From an uncultured Haloferula sp. (lineage in GTDB: Bacteria; Verrucomicrobiota; Verrucomicrobiia; Verrucomicrobiales; Akkermansiaceae), in assembly GCA_965652295.1 (NCBI GenBank), contig CBFGTS010000009.1, forward strand, positions 64,001 through 128,000: DNA of 64,000 nucleotides, given 5' to 3'. The position numbers and the translations under genes are program-made. Position 1 is the stretch's first letter. Every line of letters starts with the position of its first letter. The notes under the pieces are model-generated. The model searched no databases. It saw nothing but the letters and a program-made list of their open reading frames with translations, and had not been told where the DNA came from. Shown piece by piece: positions 1 to 10,733 of this stretch.

Positions 1-2046
1 ATCGCTTTCCTCCTCCAGCTCGATGTCATCGTCGTCGAAGTCACTGTCGAAATCGGATCCCGCGGTGGCGGTGTTCAAGTCTCCGAAGTAAGCCATTTCC
101 CATTGATCGGGAAATCCATCGGGCTCCGAGTCGGTGCGATCGATGTTGTCGGGTCCGAGGAGCTGGAACAACTCCCGCTCGGTCTCTGTGAGCGCCCCCG
201 CCCAGATCCGGACCTCGTCGTAGGTCGCGGAGGCGGTGCTGTCGCCGGGGAACATGGATCGCCCGAGGTAGCCAACGGCGTCGGCCAAATCGGAAAGATC
301 GGCATTGGTGACATACATCTCTCCCTGGAAGACCAAAAGCGGATGTCCGGCGGGCTGCGAGGTGGCTTCGGGTGCGGTCCACCAGGTGACCACCACGCCG
401 CGGCTGCTCGGCACATCGGAATAGTAGGCCGGCACGATCGTCATCACGATGTGATGCGGAATCCCCACCTGGTAGGGTGCATTACTGTCGTCCACGATTG
501 CCTGACCGTTCCAAAGCACGCGGTCGCTGTTCTGGTCCATACCGCGGGACCATGACATGGAGAGCGCCTGGTTGACACCCGGAGCCCCGTTGTCGCTGCC
601 GAAGGCGAAGATCCGGCTCCAGTTGACCACGGCATCCTGGCTGGCCCAAAGCTCGATCGTCACCGGGGCGGGCACCGGAGATTGGAGCGACGTCAGGAGG
701 TTGGCTCCCAAAGAGACATACTTGCTCGACGCGCGGGCGCCCCCATCGATCTTGACGCTGGTAGCCCCGAGGGTGGCGTCTCCGCCTGTTCCGGCGTTGG
801 CATCCGGATCGGCGATCTGTGCGTTGGAGCCGCCGACCGAATCGTTCAGATCGCCATTGAAACTCCAGCGATGCTTGAGCAACGCGTGGGTCGGCGTCCA
901 GCTGCCGTCGAACGGATCGGAGCCCGCATCGTGTTCGGAAAGATTGTCCGCGCCATCGCTATCCTCGTCGTCACCCGAGTCATCGACGCCGGGATCGAGC
1001 CCAACCAGAACCTCCCAGGCATCGTTCATGTCGTCGCTATCGATATCGGGCCAATCCGTCACATCGTCGGGAACCGTGCCCGCCGTCTGTTCGTCGATGT
1101 TCGAGACGAGGTCGCCATCGAAGTCGCTGGCGGGGGTTTCACCGAGGTCGGTCAGCTCGACGGTGCCGCTGTTGTTTCCGAAAAACTCGTCCTCGTAGCT
1201 GTCGTCAAATCCGTCGCCATCGTAATCGCCCGGAACCGAAGCCATGTTGGTCGGATCGGAGCCTCCATTAAGTCCGGCACCGGCGGCATACTCCCCGGAG
1301 TTCGTAAAGGCGTCGCCGTCCGGGTTGTCGTCCCCATCATAGAGATCGATATCCCCGAAAAACTCGACCTCCCAGGAGTCCGGCAGCCCATCCAAATCGC
1401 TATCCCCCTCCAGCACCGTTTTCAGGGCGAAATTGTCGATCGTGAACGAGAACCCGCTGGCCGGCGGGGAACCGAAATCGAGCCCGTTGATGCGAACCTG
1501 GATCGCATCGACGGTCGGATTAAAACCGGAACCTGCGGTGTAGCCGAACGGAGCATCCGTGGTCGGGGTATCGAGAACAAAAGTCACCGTCCGCGGCACG
1601 CCTGTGGAGAATCCGCCGACCGAGTAGAGAGTCGCCGATGGGTCCATTTCCGGGTCGCCCTGACCGACTTGATCCTTCAGCCAAATTTCGATCCCGTTGG
1701 CGGGAACGTAAGAACTCGTGACCGTGATGTCGAAAGAGACCTGATAGGCGGCCCGGTCGGTGCTCGTGTTGTCGCCATCCGGTCCCGGCTGGACGATCGG
1801 AACCCAATCGAACCCGGACGCGAAAAAGCCGCCTCCCGCCGGGGTCGTGGTGGTGTACGTCAAAGCGTTTCCGCCGCTCCCGTCGTCCACCAAGGCATTC
1901 GTTCCGTCAGAAGCGACGACGAAGGTCGGATCGACATAGCCGTCGAAGTCGTCCGCGGCGACCGGGACCACGAACTGGGCGTTGGCGATGGAACTCGCTC
2001 CAAGGAGGATAGACAGGGCGGGTAAGGTTTTTAACTGGGTTTTCAT
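1..2046 (-). CDS. Secreted surface protein with a LamG/concanavalin-like domain and acidic DxDxDGxxDxWE (thrombospondin type-3-like) repeats; 3' end lies beyond the window
   Basis: Not in the ORF track because it has no stop in the window. Manual translation from ATG 2046 gives MKTQLKTLPALSILLGASSIANAQ (signal peptide), then DYDGDGFDDSYE, DIDSDDMNDAWE, LLKHRWSFNGDLNDSVG...YDEVRIWAGAL (LamG-like) and DSEPDGFPDQWEMAYFGDL. Confidence 0.85.
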   Translation of the reverse strand, partial: MKTQLKTLPALSILLGASSIANAQFVVPVAADDFDGYVDPTFVVASDGTNALVDDGSGGNALTYTTTTPAGGGFFASGFDWVPIVQPGPDGDNTSTDRAAYQVSFDITVTSSYVPANGIEIWLKDQVGQGDPEMDPSATLYSVGGFSTGVPRTVTFVLDTPTTDAPFGYTAGSGFNPTVDAIQVRINGLDFGSPPASGFSFTIDNFALKTVLEGDSDLDGLPDSWEVEFFGDIDLYDGDDNPDGDAFTNSGEYAAGAGLNGGSDPTNMASVPGDYDGDGFDDSYEDEFFGNNSGTVELTDLGETPASDFDGDLVSNIDEQTAGTVPDDVTDWPDIDSDDMNDAWEVLVGLDPGVDDSGDDEDSDGADNLSEHDAGSDPFDGSWTPTHALLKHRWSFNGDLNDSVGGSNAQIADPDANAGTGGDATLGATSVKIDGGARASSKYVSLGANLLTSLQSPVPAPVTIELWASQDAVVNWSRIFAFGSDNGAPGVNQALSMSWSRGMDQNSDRVLWNGQAIVDDSNAPYQVGIPHHIVMTIVPAYYSDVPSSRGVVVTWWTAPEATSQPAGHPLLVFQGEMYVTNADLSDLADAVGYLGRSMFPGDSTASATYDEVRIWAGALTETERELFQLLGPDNIDRTDSEPDGFPDQWEMAYFGDLNTATAGSDFDSDFDDDDIELEEESD

Positions 2047-2943
2047 GGGATGGATGGTTGAAAGCATGGACGCCTCGGGGAGGCGGCATGCCTTGCTTTC
2101 CGAGGCAACGCTCGCCCTAGCGAGTGCTTGAGCCAGCGTCGCACCGAAAGGCCTGTGGGTTTCGTCATTGCAGGCTGCTGCCTACTCGTGGAGATCAATG
2201 AAGCTGTTCGTAATTAATCGTTCTATTTCAGATTGAACTTGAAAGTTAATGTGACCCTCCGCGAGCGCAAGAAAATTGTTCTCGACCAAGCTCTCGCGCT
2301 GCTGCCTCGAAGATTGGGTTCCTGCGCCATATCGGCTGGGAGGGCTGGAGACGAACCCGGCGCAGAGGAACATGGATCAAACAGCAATCCGCTGACCCTC
2401 CCCTGAAGCCAGACGAGAAATATTCCGTCATCGGATGCTCTTTTGGGGCTTTTTTCAACCCCCCAGCAGGACAGGTTATGAAACCCCTGAGTCCATTCCG
2501 ATTGGCTCTGGTGGGTTCGATTAATGAACAAACGATCACGATTCAGGCCAGCAGATGAATCCAGAGCCTCCGACGGTGGGTGCTGCTTTCCATCACTGCG
2601 GCTGCTTTCCTGATGTGGCAGACAGCGTGGTTCCTCGGGTCGCTCGCGACGGGGGTCACATGCGGCATCAGGGTGGGCCTTGGGCCTTCCAGTGCTCTTA
2701 TCTCGATCGCGGCGCGCTTGGGCTTTGTCGAACTCCTTTGGGATGCGTCCTCGAAGAAGAGCTTGCTCTACAGAATTCACCGCCTGCGGGAGCGCATGAG
2801 CCCGGCCAGAATCGAGACACGGAGGTTTCGAGCCGGATATGAACCAAGCTGCGTAAGGCTCCAAACCGAGGCCTCTGGCACGGGTGAATTGGCATGGCGG
2901 ATGGAATCCGCCGCAACGCGGGGCTTCGCGGTCGGGCGGGCGG

Positions 2944-3981
<1,038 letters not shown>

Positions 3982-4074
3982 CGTCACGGCGGCGCAAACT
4001 GAGCGAGCCGGCGTCACTCTTCAAGCTTCATGCCGACATTGACCTGCCGGGTTTCGGGGGAAATCCTTCCGGCG

Positions 4075-4380
4075 ATGTCCCTTCGCCTGCTGCTCGTCGT
4101 CCCACTCCTCGCCCTTCCGTCCTGCGGACTCATCCGCATGCCGATCAAGGTCGTCGGCGGCGTGGTGGAAGGAACCGCCCATGCCACCCGCGCCGCGGTC
4201 AATGCCCCCGGCAAGGCGATGGAAAAGCGCAAGCAACGCAAGGAAGCCGAACGCCGGAAACAGGAGGCCAAGGAGAAAGCCGCCGAGAGAGCCGACGCGG
4301 GCGCGGACGAAATCGCTCCGCCCCTGCCCGAGCCTGCTTTGCCCGAGCCTCCCGACAGTGAGCTACCTCTGCCCGAGTAA
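4075..4380 (+). CDS. Small putative lipoprotein
   Basis: MSLRLLLVVPLLALPSC lipobox-like signal, followed by a charged helical segment and a Pro-rich tail. Confidence 0.7.
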   Translation: MSLRLLLVVPLLALPSCGLIRMPIKVVGGVVEGTAHATRAAVNAPGKAMEKRKQRKEAERRKQEAKEKAAERADAGADEIAPPLPEPALPEPPDSELPLPE

Positions 4381-4383
4381 GCT

Positions 4384-5043
4384 TCAGCGGTCCGCCACAA
4401 AAAGCGTGTGCGAGAATTTCTTCGCCTGCGGGTAGGCTTTCGCGCCGACCGAGTCCACCAGCCGGAACTCCTTCTCCAGCAACGCGGCGAATGGCTTGTC
4501 GCGGTTCGCCGACCAGAACACGACCCGTCCGCGCGGGGACAGGGCCGACTTGATCCGGCGCAGTCCGCCACGGCCGTAGAGCCGGTTGTTTCCTCCGCTG
4601 ACCAGCGCATCGACGCCGTTGTCCACGTCCAGCAGGATCGCATCGAACCCACCGCCCGAGGCCTTGCCGATGCACTCCGCCACATCGCCGGCGTGCAGCG
4701 TGACGCGGGGATCATCGAGACAGCTTCCGTTGACCTCACCGAGGTGGTCACGGTTCCACTCGACGACTTCCGGCAGCAGCTCCGCGACCACCACCTCGCC
4801 GTTCGGCGGCACCAGTTCGAGCACGCGTTTCAGGGTGAAACCGAAGCCCAGCCCGCCGATCAGCACCCGCCCCGCGCCGCGCTCGCAGCCGAGTTCCGCC
4901 AGCATCACCTCGGACGCCGTCGCCGTCGTGCTCATCAGCGTCACCCCATCGACCTTCAGGAAATACTCCCCGTCGTGCTCCTGGAGCAGCATCGGGAATC
5001 CATCGGGCGTGGTGGTCCGGGCGAGAACGGTGGTGGTTTTCAT
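4384..5043 (-). CDS. Spermidine synthase-like SAM-dependent methyltransferase
   Basis: VLIGGLGFGFTL SAM-binding motif, AELLPEVVEWNR and FDAILLDVDNG. Confidence 0.85.
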   Translation of the reverse strand: MKTTTVLARTTTPDGFPMLLQEHDGEYFLKVDGVTLMSTTATASEVMLAELGCERGAGRVLIGGLGFGFTLKRVLELVPPNGEVVVAELLPEVVEWNRDHLGEVNGSCLDDPRVTLHAGDVAECIGKASGGGFDAILLDVDNGVDALVSGGNNRLYGRGGLRRIKSALSPRGRVVFWSANRDKPFAALLEKEFRLVDSVGAKAYPQAKKFSHTLFVADR

Positions 5044-5999
5044 TCGGGCTTCTTCTCCCGCTCGGCGGGGATCGGCGCCGGCGCTTCCTTCAGCACCGCC
5101 TCCACGTCCGGCAGGGAAAGGCGAGGGTTCTCCTGCCCGGGATAAATGTCGAGGTTCTCGTTCAGCTCGTCCTCGGTGACGGGCGAGGATTTCACCCCAC
5201 CCTCCGGCACCTCCATCCCGGCCGTCCAGACGATCGCGTTCAGCACCACGGTGCGGAAGCGGTCGAGCGCCCAGTTTTTATGGTAATGCCCGCCCACGAA
5301 CCCGACGCCGCGGCCGCCATCATCCCGCCGCACACCCCACATCAGCGTCTGCTCCTTTCCCATCCCCTCGGCTCCGCGCCAGCTCCACATGTTGATGTAG
5401 CGGCGCATCCGGTCACGGGTCGGCACCGCGGTCACGAGGTCCAGCACCGCCTCGCGGTCCTCCTGGAAACGCATGTTGTAGTAGAATTCGTCGAAAGCCT
5501 CGAAATCCTCCGGCAGCCCGCGCGCGATCGGGTGATCATGGTTCACCTCCAGCTTCGCGACCCAGTGCGGGTTCACGGAGAAATCATCCTCCATCGTCGC
5601 GCCCACCCAGCTGCGTTGCCAGGCGTCGGCGTTCTCTTTGCTCGGGTGGACGGCGTAGTGCATGAACATCAGGCCCTTGCCCTGCTTCGCGAGTCCGTCG
5701 AGGAATTCCCACTCGCCCGCGATGCCCGAGGAGGCGTCGCAGTAGATCACGATCGCGTCCGCCTGTTCCAAAGTCCCGCGGGCCTTCACCGGCCAATCGG
5801 AACCCACCACCGTCGCCCGCACGTCGAGACCGCTCTCCTCGTTCAGCGCCCTCGCCAGCAGCAGGCACCCCGCACGGAATTCGTGCTCGCCCGAGGCATG
5901 GCTGCGATCGCCCGCAATGAAAACGATCTCCTTCTCCGCGGCCATTGCCGCACCCGCCAGACTCCCCGCCATCCACGCGCTCATCATCATTCGTTTCAT
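5040..5999 (-). CDS. ThuA-like (class I glutamine amidotransferase-fold) secreted protein
   Basis: Signal peptide, IVFIAGDRSHASGEHEFRAG, DEFYYNMRF and GGHYHKNW...VLNAIVW. Confidence 0.8.
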   Translation of the reverse strand: MKRMMMSAWMAGSLAGAAMAAEKEIVFIAGDRSHASGEHEFRAGCLLLARALNEESGLDVRATVVGSDWPVKARGTLEQADAIVIYCDASSGIAGEWEFLDGLAKQGKGLMFMHYAVHPSKENADAWQRSWVGATMEDDFSVNPHWVAKLEVNHDHPIARGLPEDFEAFDEFYYNMRFQEDREAVLDLVTAVPTRDRMRRYINMWSWRGAEGMGKEQTLMWGVRRDDGGRGVGFVGGHYHKNWALDRFRTVVLNAIVWTAGMEVPEGGVKSSPVTEDELNENLDIYPGQENPRLSLPDVEAVLKEAPAPIPAEREKKPE

Positions 6000-6172
6000 G
6001 ATCCCCTTGATACGCGGTCGGTTCCGCATCCTTCCAGCATCAAAACGCAACGGGCCCCAAGCTCGGGACGGAAAGAACCGGAGATGCAGGGGATGAACGC
6101 CGATGGGGTTCCAATCACCGGTCGTCTGGAAGGCTTCGAGGTGGTTCCCGGTTGGACCGGCAATCTTCCAGG

Positions 6173-6266
6173 CACGGAGAAGCTGAGGAAGACGGAGGTC
6201 ACTGAGCCGGAAAACCTTTCATCCTGCCTTTCTCCGTGATCTCCGTATATCTCCGTCCCATCGGTG
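6173..6266. repeat. Imperfect inverted repeat built from 9-10 nt ACGGAG/CTCCGT units
   Basis: Left arm cacggagaagctgaggaagacggaggtcactgag; right arm ctccgtgatctccgtatatctccgtcccatcggtg. Confidence 0.55.
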
Positions 6267-6454
6267 ATGGAAAAGGCAGTTTGGGACCTGGATGTCTGGA
6301 CCCCGTGTTCAGCTGCGGAGGAAGCGGAATGGCTGCTACCCATGATCCGCACTGGCCCGATTGACCTGCCTGAGCGGACCCGCGACCTTTCCAGCTCGCA
6401 TTCCTTCCATCCCGGGTGAATATTCCACGGTCGAATCCCATCCAAAAGCGGACC

Positions 6455-6718
6455 ATGAAAAACCATATCCTCCATTTCGCCGCCCTCGCCCTGCTTCCGG
6501 TGCTGGCCGTCTCATGCATGACCACCTACGACGCCTACGGCCGCCCGGTCCAAAGCGTCGATCCGGGTGCCGCCACGGCCATCGCCGTCGGGGCCGCCGC
6601 CCTTGGCGTGGCCGCCGGTCGCAAATACCGCGGGCGTGACGTCTACTACTACCACGGCCGCCCGGCCTACTACCACGGTGGCCGTCGTTACTGGGTGCCC
6701 CGCCACCATCACTGGTGA
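6455..6718 (+). CDS. Small lipoprotein with a Tyr/His/Arg-rich tail
   Basis: MKNHILHFAALALLPVLAVSC lipobox, then MTTYDAYGRPVQSVDPG and a glycine-zipper-like helix. Confidence 0.75.
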   Translation: MKNHILHFAALALLPVLAVSCMTTYDAYGRPVQSVDPGAATAIAVGAAALGVAAGRKYRGRDVYYYHGRPAYYHGGRRYWVPRHHHW

Positions 6719-7827
6719 TCCGCCGCTAGCCCGCACAGCACTTGCGCACCGGCCCGGAGCTTGTCGTCCGGGACGGTGTAGCACATCCGGAAATGGCTGT
6801 CCTTTTCACTGAACACCCCGCCCGGGATGACCAGCACGTTGTGGGCGATCGCCTTCTCGACGAAACTTGTCCCGGTGAAACCCTCCGGCGCTTTCGCCCA
6901 CAGGTAAAACGCGCCGTCCGGCGGGCCGATCTCGAAGCTGTCGCCGAGTAGCCCGACCATCAAATCGCGCTTCGCCCGGTAGCGGTCGATGTAGGGCTCC
7001 AGCACCACCTCCGGAGCCGCCAACGCGGCGAACTGCGTGACCGAGGGCGCGCAGACGAAGCTGTATTGCTGCACCTTGGTCATCGCCCCGATCACGTCTG
7101 CCGGCCCGCAGGCATAGCCAAGCCGCCAGCCGGTCATGCCGTAGGCCTTCGAATGCCCCGCCAGCACCAGGGTGTCCTCGTAAATCTCGGCCATCGAAAC
7201 CATCTCGGTGTAGGCGAAATGGCGGTAGATCTCATCACTGATCACCAGCACGCCGTGCTTCCGGCAAACCTCCGCCACGCCCTCCAGCTCGCTGCGCGAA
7301 AGAATGCGCCCGGTGGGATTGGCGGGGGAATTCAGGAGCAGCAGCTTGGTTTTCGGAGTGATCAGGCTTTCCAGCCGCTCCGGATCGATCCCGAACGCCG
7401 CATCGTAGGTATCCAAATACACCGGCACCCCGCCGAACAGCCGCACGAGGTGCTTGTACATCACGAAATACGGGTCCGGCACGATCACCTCGTCGCCTTC
7501 ATTGATCAGCGCCAACAGCGCCAGGAACAGCCCGCCACTCACGCCGGAAGTGACCAGCGTTTCCGCCTCCGACCACTCGCGCCCGGTGAAAGCCTTCTCG
7601 TCCGCCCGCAGCATGTCCCGCAGCTCCGCGAGCCCTTGGGTCGGCGTGTAGGTGTTGCGCCCGGCATCAATCGCCGCGTGCGCCGCCTGCTTGATTTCAT
7701 CCGGCACATCGAAGTCCGGCTGACCGATCGACAGGTTGATCGGGTCCTTCATCTGGCGCGCCAGGTCGAAGACCTTGCGGATTCCGGAGGCATCGATGAC
7801 CGAAGTGCGGTGGGCGAGTCGTGACAT
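6709..7827 (-). CDS. PLP-dependent aminotransferase class I/II
   Basis: INLSIGQPDF, NSPANPTG, ISDEIY and SKAYGMTGWRLG. True start MSRLAHRT at 7827; the longer ORF extension is antisense to rapA. Confidence 0.92.
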   Translation of the reverse strand: MSRLAHRTSVIDASGIRKVFDLARQMKDPINLSIGQPDFDVPDEIKQAAHAAIDAGRNTYTPTQGLAELRDMLRADEKAFTGREWSEAETLVTSGVSGGLFLALLALINEGDEVIVPDPYFVMYKHLVRLFGGVPVYLDTYDAAFGIDPERLESLITPKTKLLLLNSPANPTGRILSRSELEGVAEVCRKHGVLVISDEIYRHFAYTEMVSMAEIYEDTLVLAGHSKAYGMTGWRLGYACGPADVIGAMTKVQQYSFVCAPSVTQFAALAAPEVVLEPYIDRYRAKRDLMVGLLGDSFEIGPPDGAFYLWAKAPEGFTGTSFVEKAIAHNVLVIPGGVFSEKDSHFRMCYTVPDDKLRAGAQVLCGLAADHQ

Positions 7828-7886
7828 GCGCGTTTCTCTGCCAGCCCCCGCCCCAGGACACAAGACGGCTTCCCGGAATTTGAAAG

Positions 7887-7922
7887 CAGGATGAAACGGC
7901 TCGAAAGGATGGGCAGGATAAA
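7887..7922. repeat. Degenerate 9-bp periodic CAGGATxxx repeat
   Basis: caggatgaa acggctcga aaggatggg caggataaa, between the divergent aminotransferase and rapA genes. Confidence 0.4.
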
Positions 7923-7992
7923 AACCGGACTCCGCCACTTCTCCCCGGTTTCCCTTCCCCAAACCCGCGAGCCGGTCTAGACCCCGCACCCC

Positions 7993-10599
7993 ATGCAGCC
8001 ACCCCGCCCCGGACAACGTTGGGTCTCCACCTCCGAACCCGCCCTCGGCCTCGGCATCGTGCTCTCCACCAGCGAGGGCCGCGTCGAACTGCACTTCCCC
8101 GCCGCCGAGGAAACCCGGCTCTACGCCCTCGATACCGCCCCGGTCGTCCGCGTCCGTTTCAAGGAAGGCGACGCCGTGGCCGACCACACCGGCCGCGAGT
8201 TCCGCATCACCGGCATCCGCGAGGAAAGCGGCCGCCTGACCTACCTCGATGGCAAAACCGAGATCCCCGAGGCCGCCCTGCTCGACACCCTCAGCTTCAC
8301 CTCGCCTGAGGAACGACTGCTCGCCGGCATGTGCGACGATCCCGGCGACTTCGACCTCCGGCGCCGTGTGCTCGACATGTCCACCCAGCTCCGCCGCTCG
8401 CCCGCCCGTGGCTTTCTCGGCGCGCGCATCGATCTCATCCCGCACCAGTTCGCGATCGTCGCCGAGGCCTGTCGCCGCCCGCACCCGCGCCTGCTGCTGG
8501 CCGATGAAGTCGGCCTCGGCAAAACCATCGAAGCCTGCCTGATCCTCCACCACCTGCACCTCACCGGCCGCGCCGACCGCGTGCTGATCCTCGTCCCCGA
8601 GCCACTCATCCACCAGTGGTTCGTCGAGCTCCTGCGCCGCTTCAACCTGCTCTTCGCTCTCTTCGACGAAGCCCGCTGCGAGTCGATCCGCGCCCACGAC
8701 CCGGAGGCGAACCCCTTCGCCGATTCCCAACTCGTGCTCGCACCCGTCGGCCTCCTTGCTGGAAATGACGAACTCACCCGGCTCGCCGCCGACTCCGGCT
8801 TCGACCTGCTGGTCGTCGATGAAGCCCATCACCTCGAATGGTCGCCAACAGAGAAATCCCCCGCCTACGCCGCGGTCGAAACCCTCGCCGCCGGCATTCC
8901 CTCACTGCTGCTGCTCACCGCCACTCCGCAGCAGCTCGGAGCCGAAGGCCACTTCGCCCGTCTGCGCCTGCTCGACCCCGCCCGCTACGGCGACCTCCGT
9001 ACTTTCCTCGACGAAGCGGAGAACTATGGCGGCCTCGTCCAGCGGATCGAGTCCCTTCCCGCCGGCTCCGGCGAGGCGCGCGAACTGATCGACCGCTTCG
9101 GCACCGGCCGCGTGCTTTTCCGCAACACCCGTCGCCGGCTCGAAGGCTTTCCCCTGCGCCTGCCGCAGCTCCACCCCCTCGCCGCCGATCAATCCCCCTA
9201 CACCTGGCTTGCCGAGCTGCTGCGTTCCCTTCCGGAAAACGAAAAAGTCCTGCTCATCACCGGCAGCCCCGAGGCCGCGGAGAAGATCCGCGAGAAGCTA
9301 CTGGAGGAGATCCACGTCGAGCTGACCGTCTTCACCGAGGACCTCACCCTGCTCCAGCGCGATCGCAACGCGGCCTGGTTCGCCGATCCCGAAGGCGCAC
9401 GCATCCTGATCTGCTCGGAGATCGGCAGCGAGGGCCGCAACTTCCAGTTCGCCCATCACCTCGTCCTCTTCGGGCTGCCGCGCGATCCCGAGCTGCTCGA
9501 GCAGCGGATCGGTCGCCTCGACCGCATCGGCCAGACCGCCGACATCCACATCCACGTTCCCTACGGGGAAAACAGTAGCTCGGAGCGCCACGCCCGCTGG
9601 CTGCACGAGGGACTCGATGCCTTTTCCCACCCCCTGCGCGGTGCCTCGACGCTGGCCGCCGAATTCCTGCCCCAGCTCGAGGCCCTCGGCGATGACCCCG
9701 CCGCGCTCCGCGACCTCATCCAGCGCAGCACCGCACGCGCCACGGAAATCGCCGGGCAGCTCGACTCCGGGCACGACCGCCTGCTCGAGCTCAGCGCGCC
9801 GCCCGCCACGGATGCGGAGGAACTGATCGCCCAGGTTCAGAGCCACGACGAGGACGCCGGCTTCGAGCGCTTCGTCATCCGACTCTTCGACCGGCTCGGC
9901 CTCGACGTCTCGGACCTCTTCGCCCGCGCCTATCATTTCGCCCGCGGCCAGCGTCTCAGCGAAACCTTCGCCGATCTACCCGAGGAAGGACTTTCCGCCA
10001 CCTTCGATCGCGAGACAGCCCTTGCCCGCGAAGACGTCGCCCTGCTCACCGCCGACCACCCGCTGGTCCGCGGATCGATCGACCATTTCCTCACCTCCGA
10101 GTCCGGCAACGCCACCTTCGCCCGTTGGGAAGGCGGACGCGGAAAGGGCATCCTGCTGGAAGCCTGCTACGTGCTCGAAACACCCGCGCCTGCCCGCCTC
10201 CATCTCGACCGCTTCCTGCCGCCGACGGCCATCCGCGTGATGACCAACCATCAGGGCAGCGATCTTTCCGACAAGCCCGTTCCCACGCCTCTGGTCTCAG
10301 GAAACGCCCGCAAGCTCGTCCAACAGCCCGCCTTCCGCGACAAGGTCTTCCCCACGCTTATCGATAAAACCCGCGAGCTGGCCGAATCTCGCACCACCGA
10401 TCCCGCCGCGGCCGCCCGCCTTGCGGCCACGGAGGAGTTCACCCGGGAAATCGACCGCCTGCGCGACCTTGCCACCCGCAATCCGCACGTCAGCGAGGAC
10501 GAAATCGCGCAGCTCGAAAAGCTCCGCGACGAGACCCTCGCCCATCTCGACCACCCCCGCCTGCGCCTCGACAGCCTGCGGCTGATCTGGTGCAGCTGA
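7993..10599 (+). CDS. rapA: RNA polymerase-associated SNF2 ATPase RapA
   Basis: GQRWVSTSEPALGLG N-terminus, LLADEVGLGKT, DEAHH, SEIGSEGRNFQ, QRIGRLDRIGQ and C-terminal RLDSLRLI. Confidence 0.93.
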   Translation: MQPPRPGQRWVSTSEPALGLGIVLSTSEGRVELHFPAAEETRLYALDTAPVVRVRFKEGDAVADHTGREFRITGIREESGRLTYLDGKTEIPEAALLDTLSFTSPEERLLAGMCDDPGDFDLRRRVLDMSTQLRRSPARGFLGARIDLIPHQFAIVAEACRRPHPRLLLADEVGLGKTIEACLILHHLHLTGRADRVLILVPEPLIHQWFVELLRRFNLLFALFDEARCESIRAHDPEANPFADSQLVLAPVGLLAGNDELTRLAADSGFDLLVVDEAHHLEWSPTEKSPAYAAVETLAAGIPSLLLLTATPQQLGAEGHFARLRLLDPARYGDLRTFLDEAENYGGLVQRIESLPAGSGEARELIDRFGTGRVLFRNTRRRLEGFPLRLPQLHPLAADQSPYTWLAELLRSLPENEKVLLITGSPEAAEKIREKLLEEIHVELTVFTEDLTLLQRDRNAAWFADPEGARILICSEIGSEGRNFQFAHHLVLFGLPRDPELLEQRIGRLDRIGQTADIHIHVPYGENSSSERHARWLHEGLDAFSHPLRGASTLAAEFLPQLEALGDDPAALRDLIQRSTARATEIAGQLDSGHDRLLELSAPPATDAEELIAQVQSHDEDAGFERFVIRLFDRLGLDVSDLFARAYHFARGQRLSETFADLPEEGLSATFDRETALAREDVALLTADHPLVRGSIDHFLTSESGNATFARWEGGRGKGILLEACYVLETPAPARLHLDRFLPPTAIRVMTNHQGSDLSDKPVPTPLVSGNARKLVQQPAFRDKVFPTLIDKTRELAESRTTDPAAAARLAATEEFTREIDRLRDLATRNPHVSEDEIAQLEKLRDETLAHLDHPRLRLDSLRLIWCS

Positions 10600-10607
10600 G
10601 CTGCCCA

Positions 10608-10730
10608 CCAGTGGCATGACCGTCCCGGTCATGAAAGGTTGAGCCCGAACCCATCCCGGGAGATGGCCATGTCATGGAGCGGTTTCCGCTTCTGCGTTCA
10701 TGACCGAGGACGGTCATGCCACTGACAGGC
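10608..10730. repeat. REPIN-like element: two inverted REP palindromes (GTGGCATGACCGTCCCGGTCATG), copy 1
   Basis: Arms at 10608-10635 and 10697-10724. A second copy in the opposite orientation lies at 32204-32324. Confidence 0.85.
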
Positions 10731-10733
10731 ATC

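Noticed and set aside
7828..8832. 707-aa ORF suggesting an N-terminally extended aminotransferase
   Set aside because: The extension is the antisense shadow of rapA. The enzyme begins at 7827.
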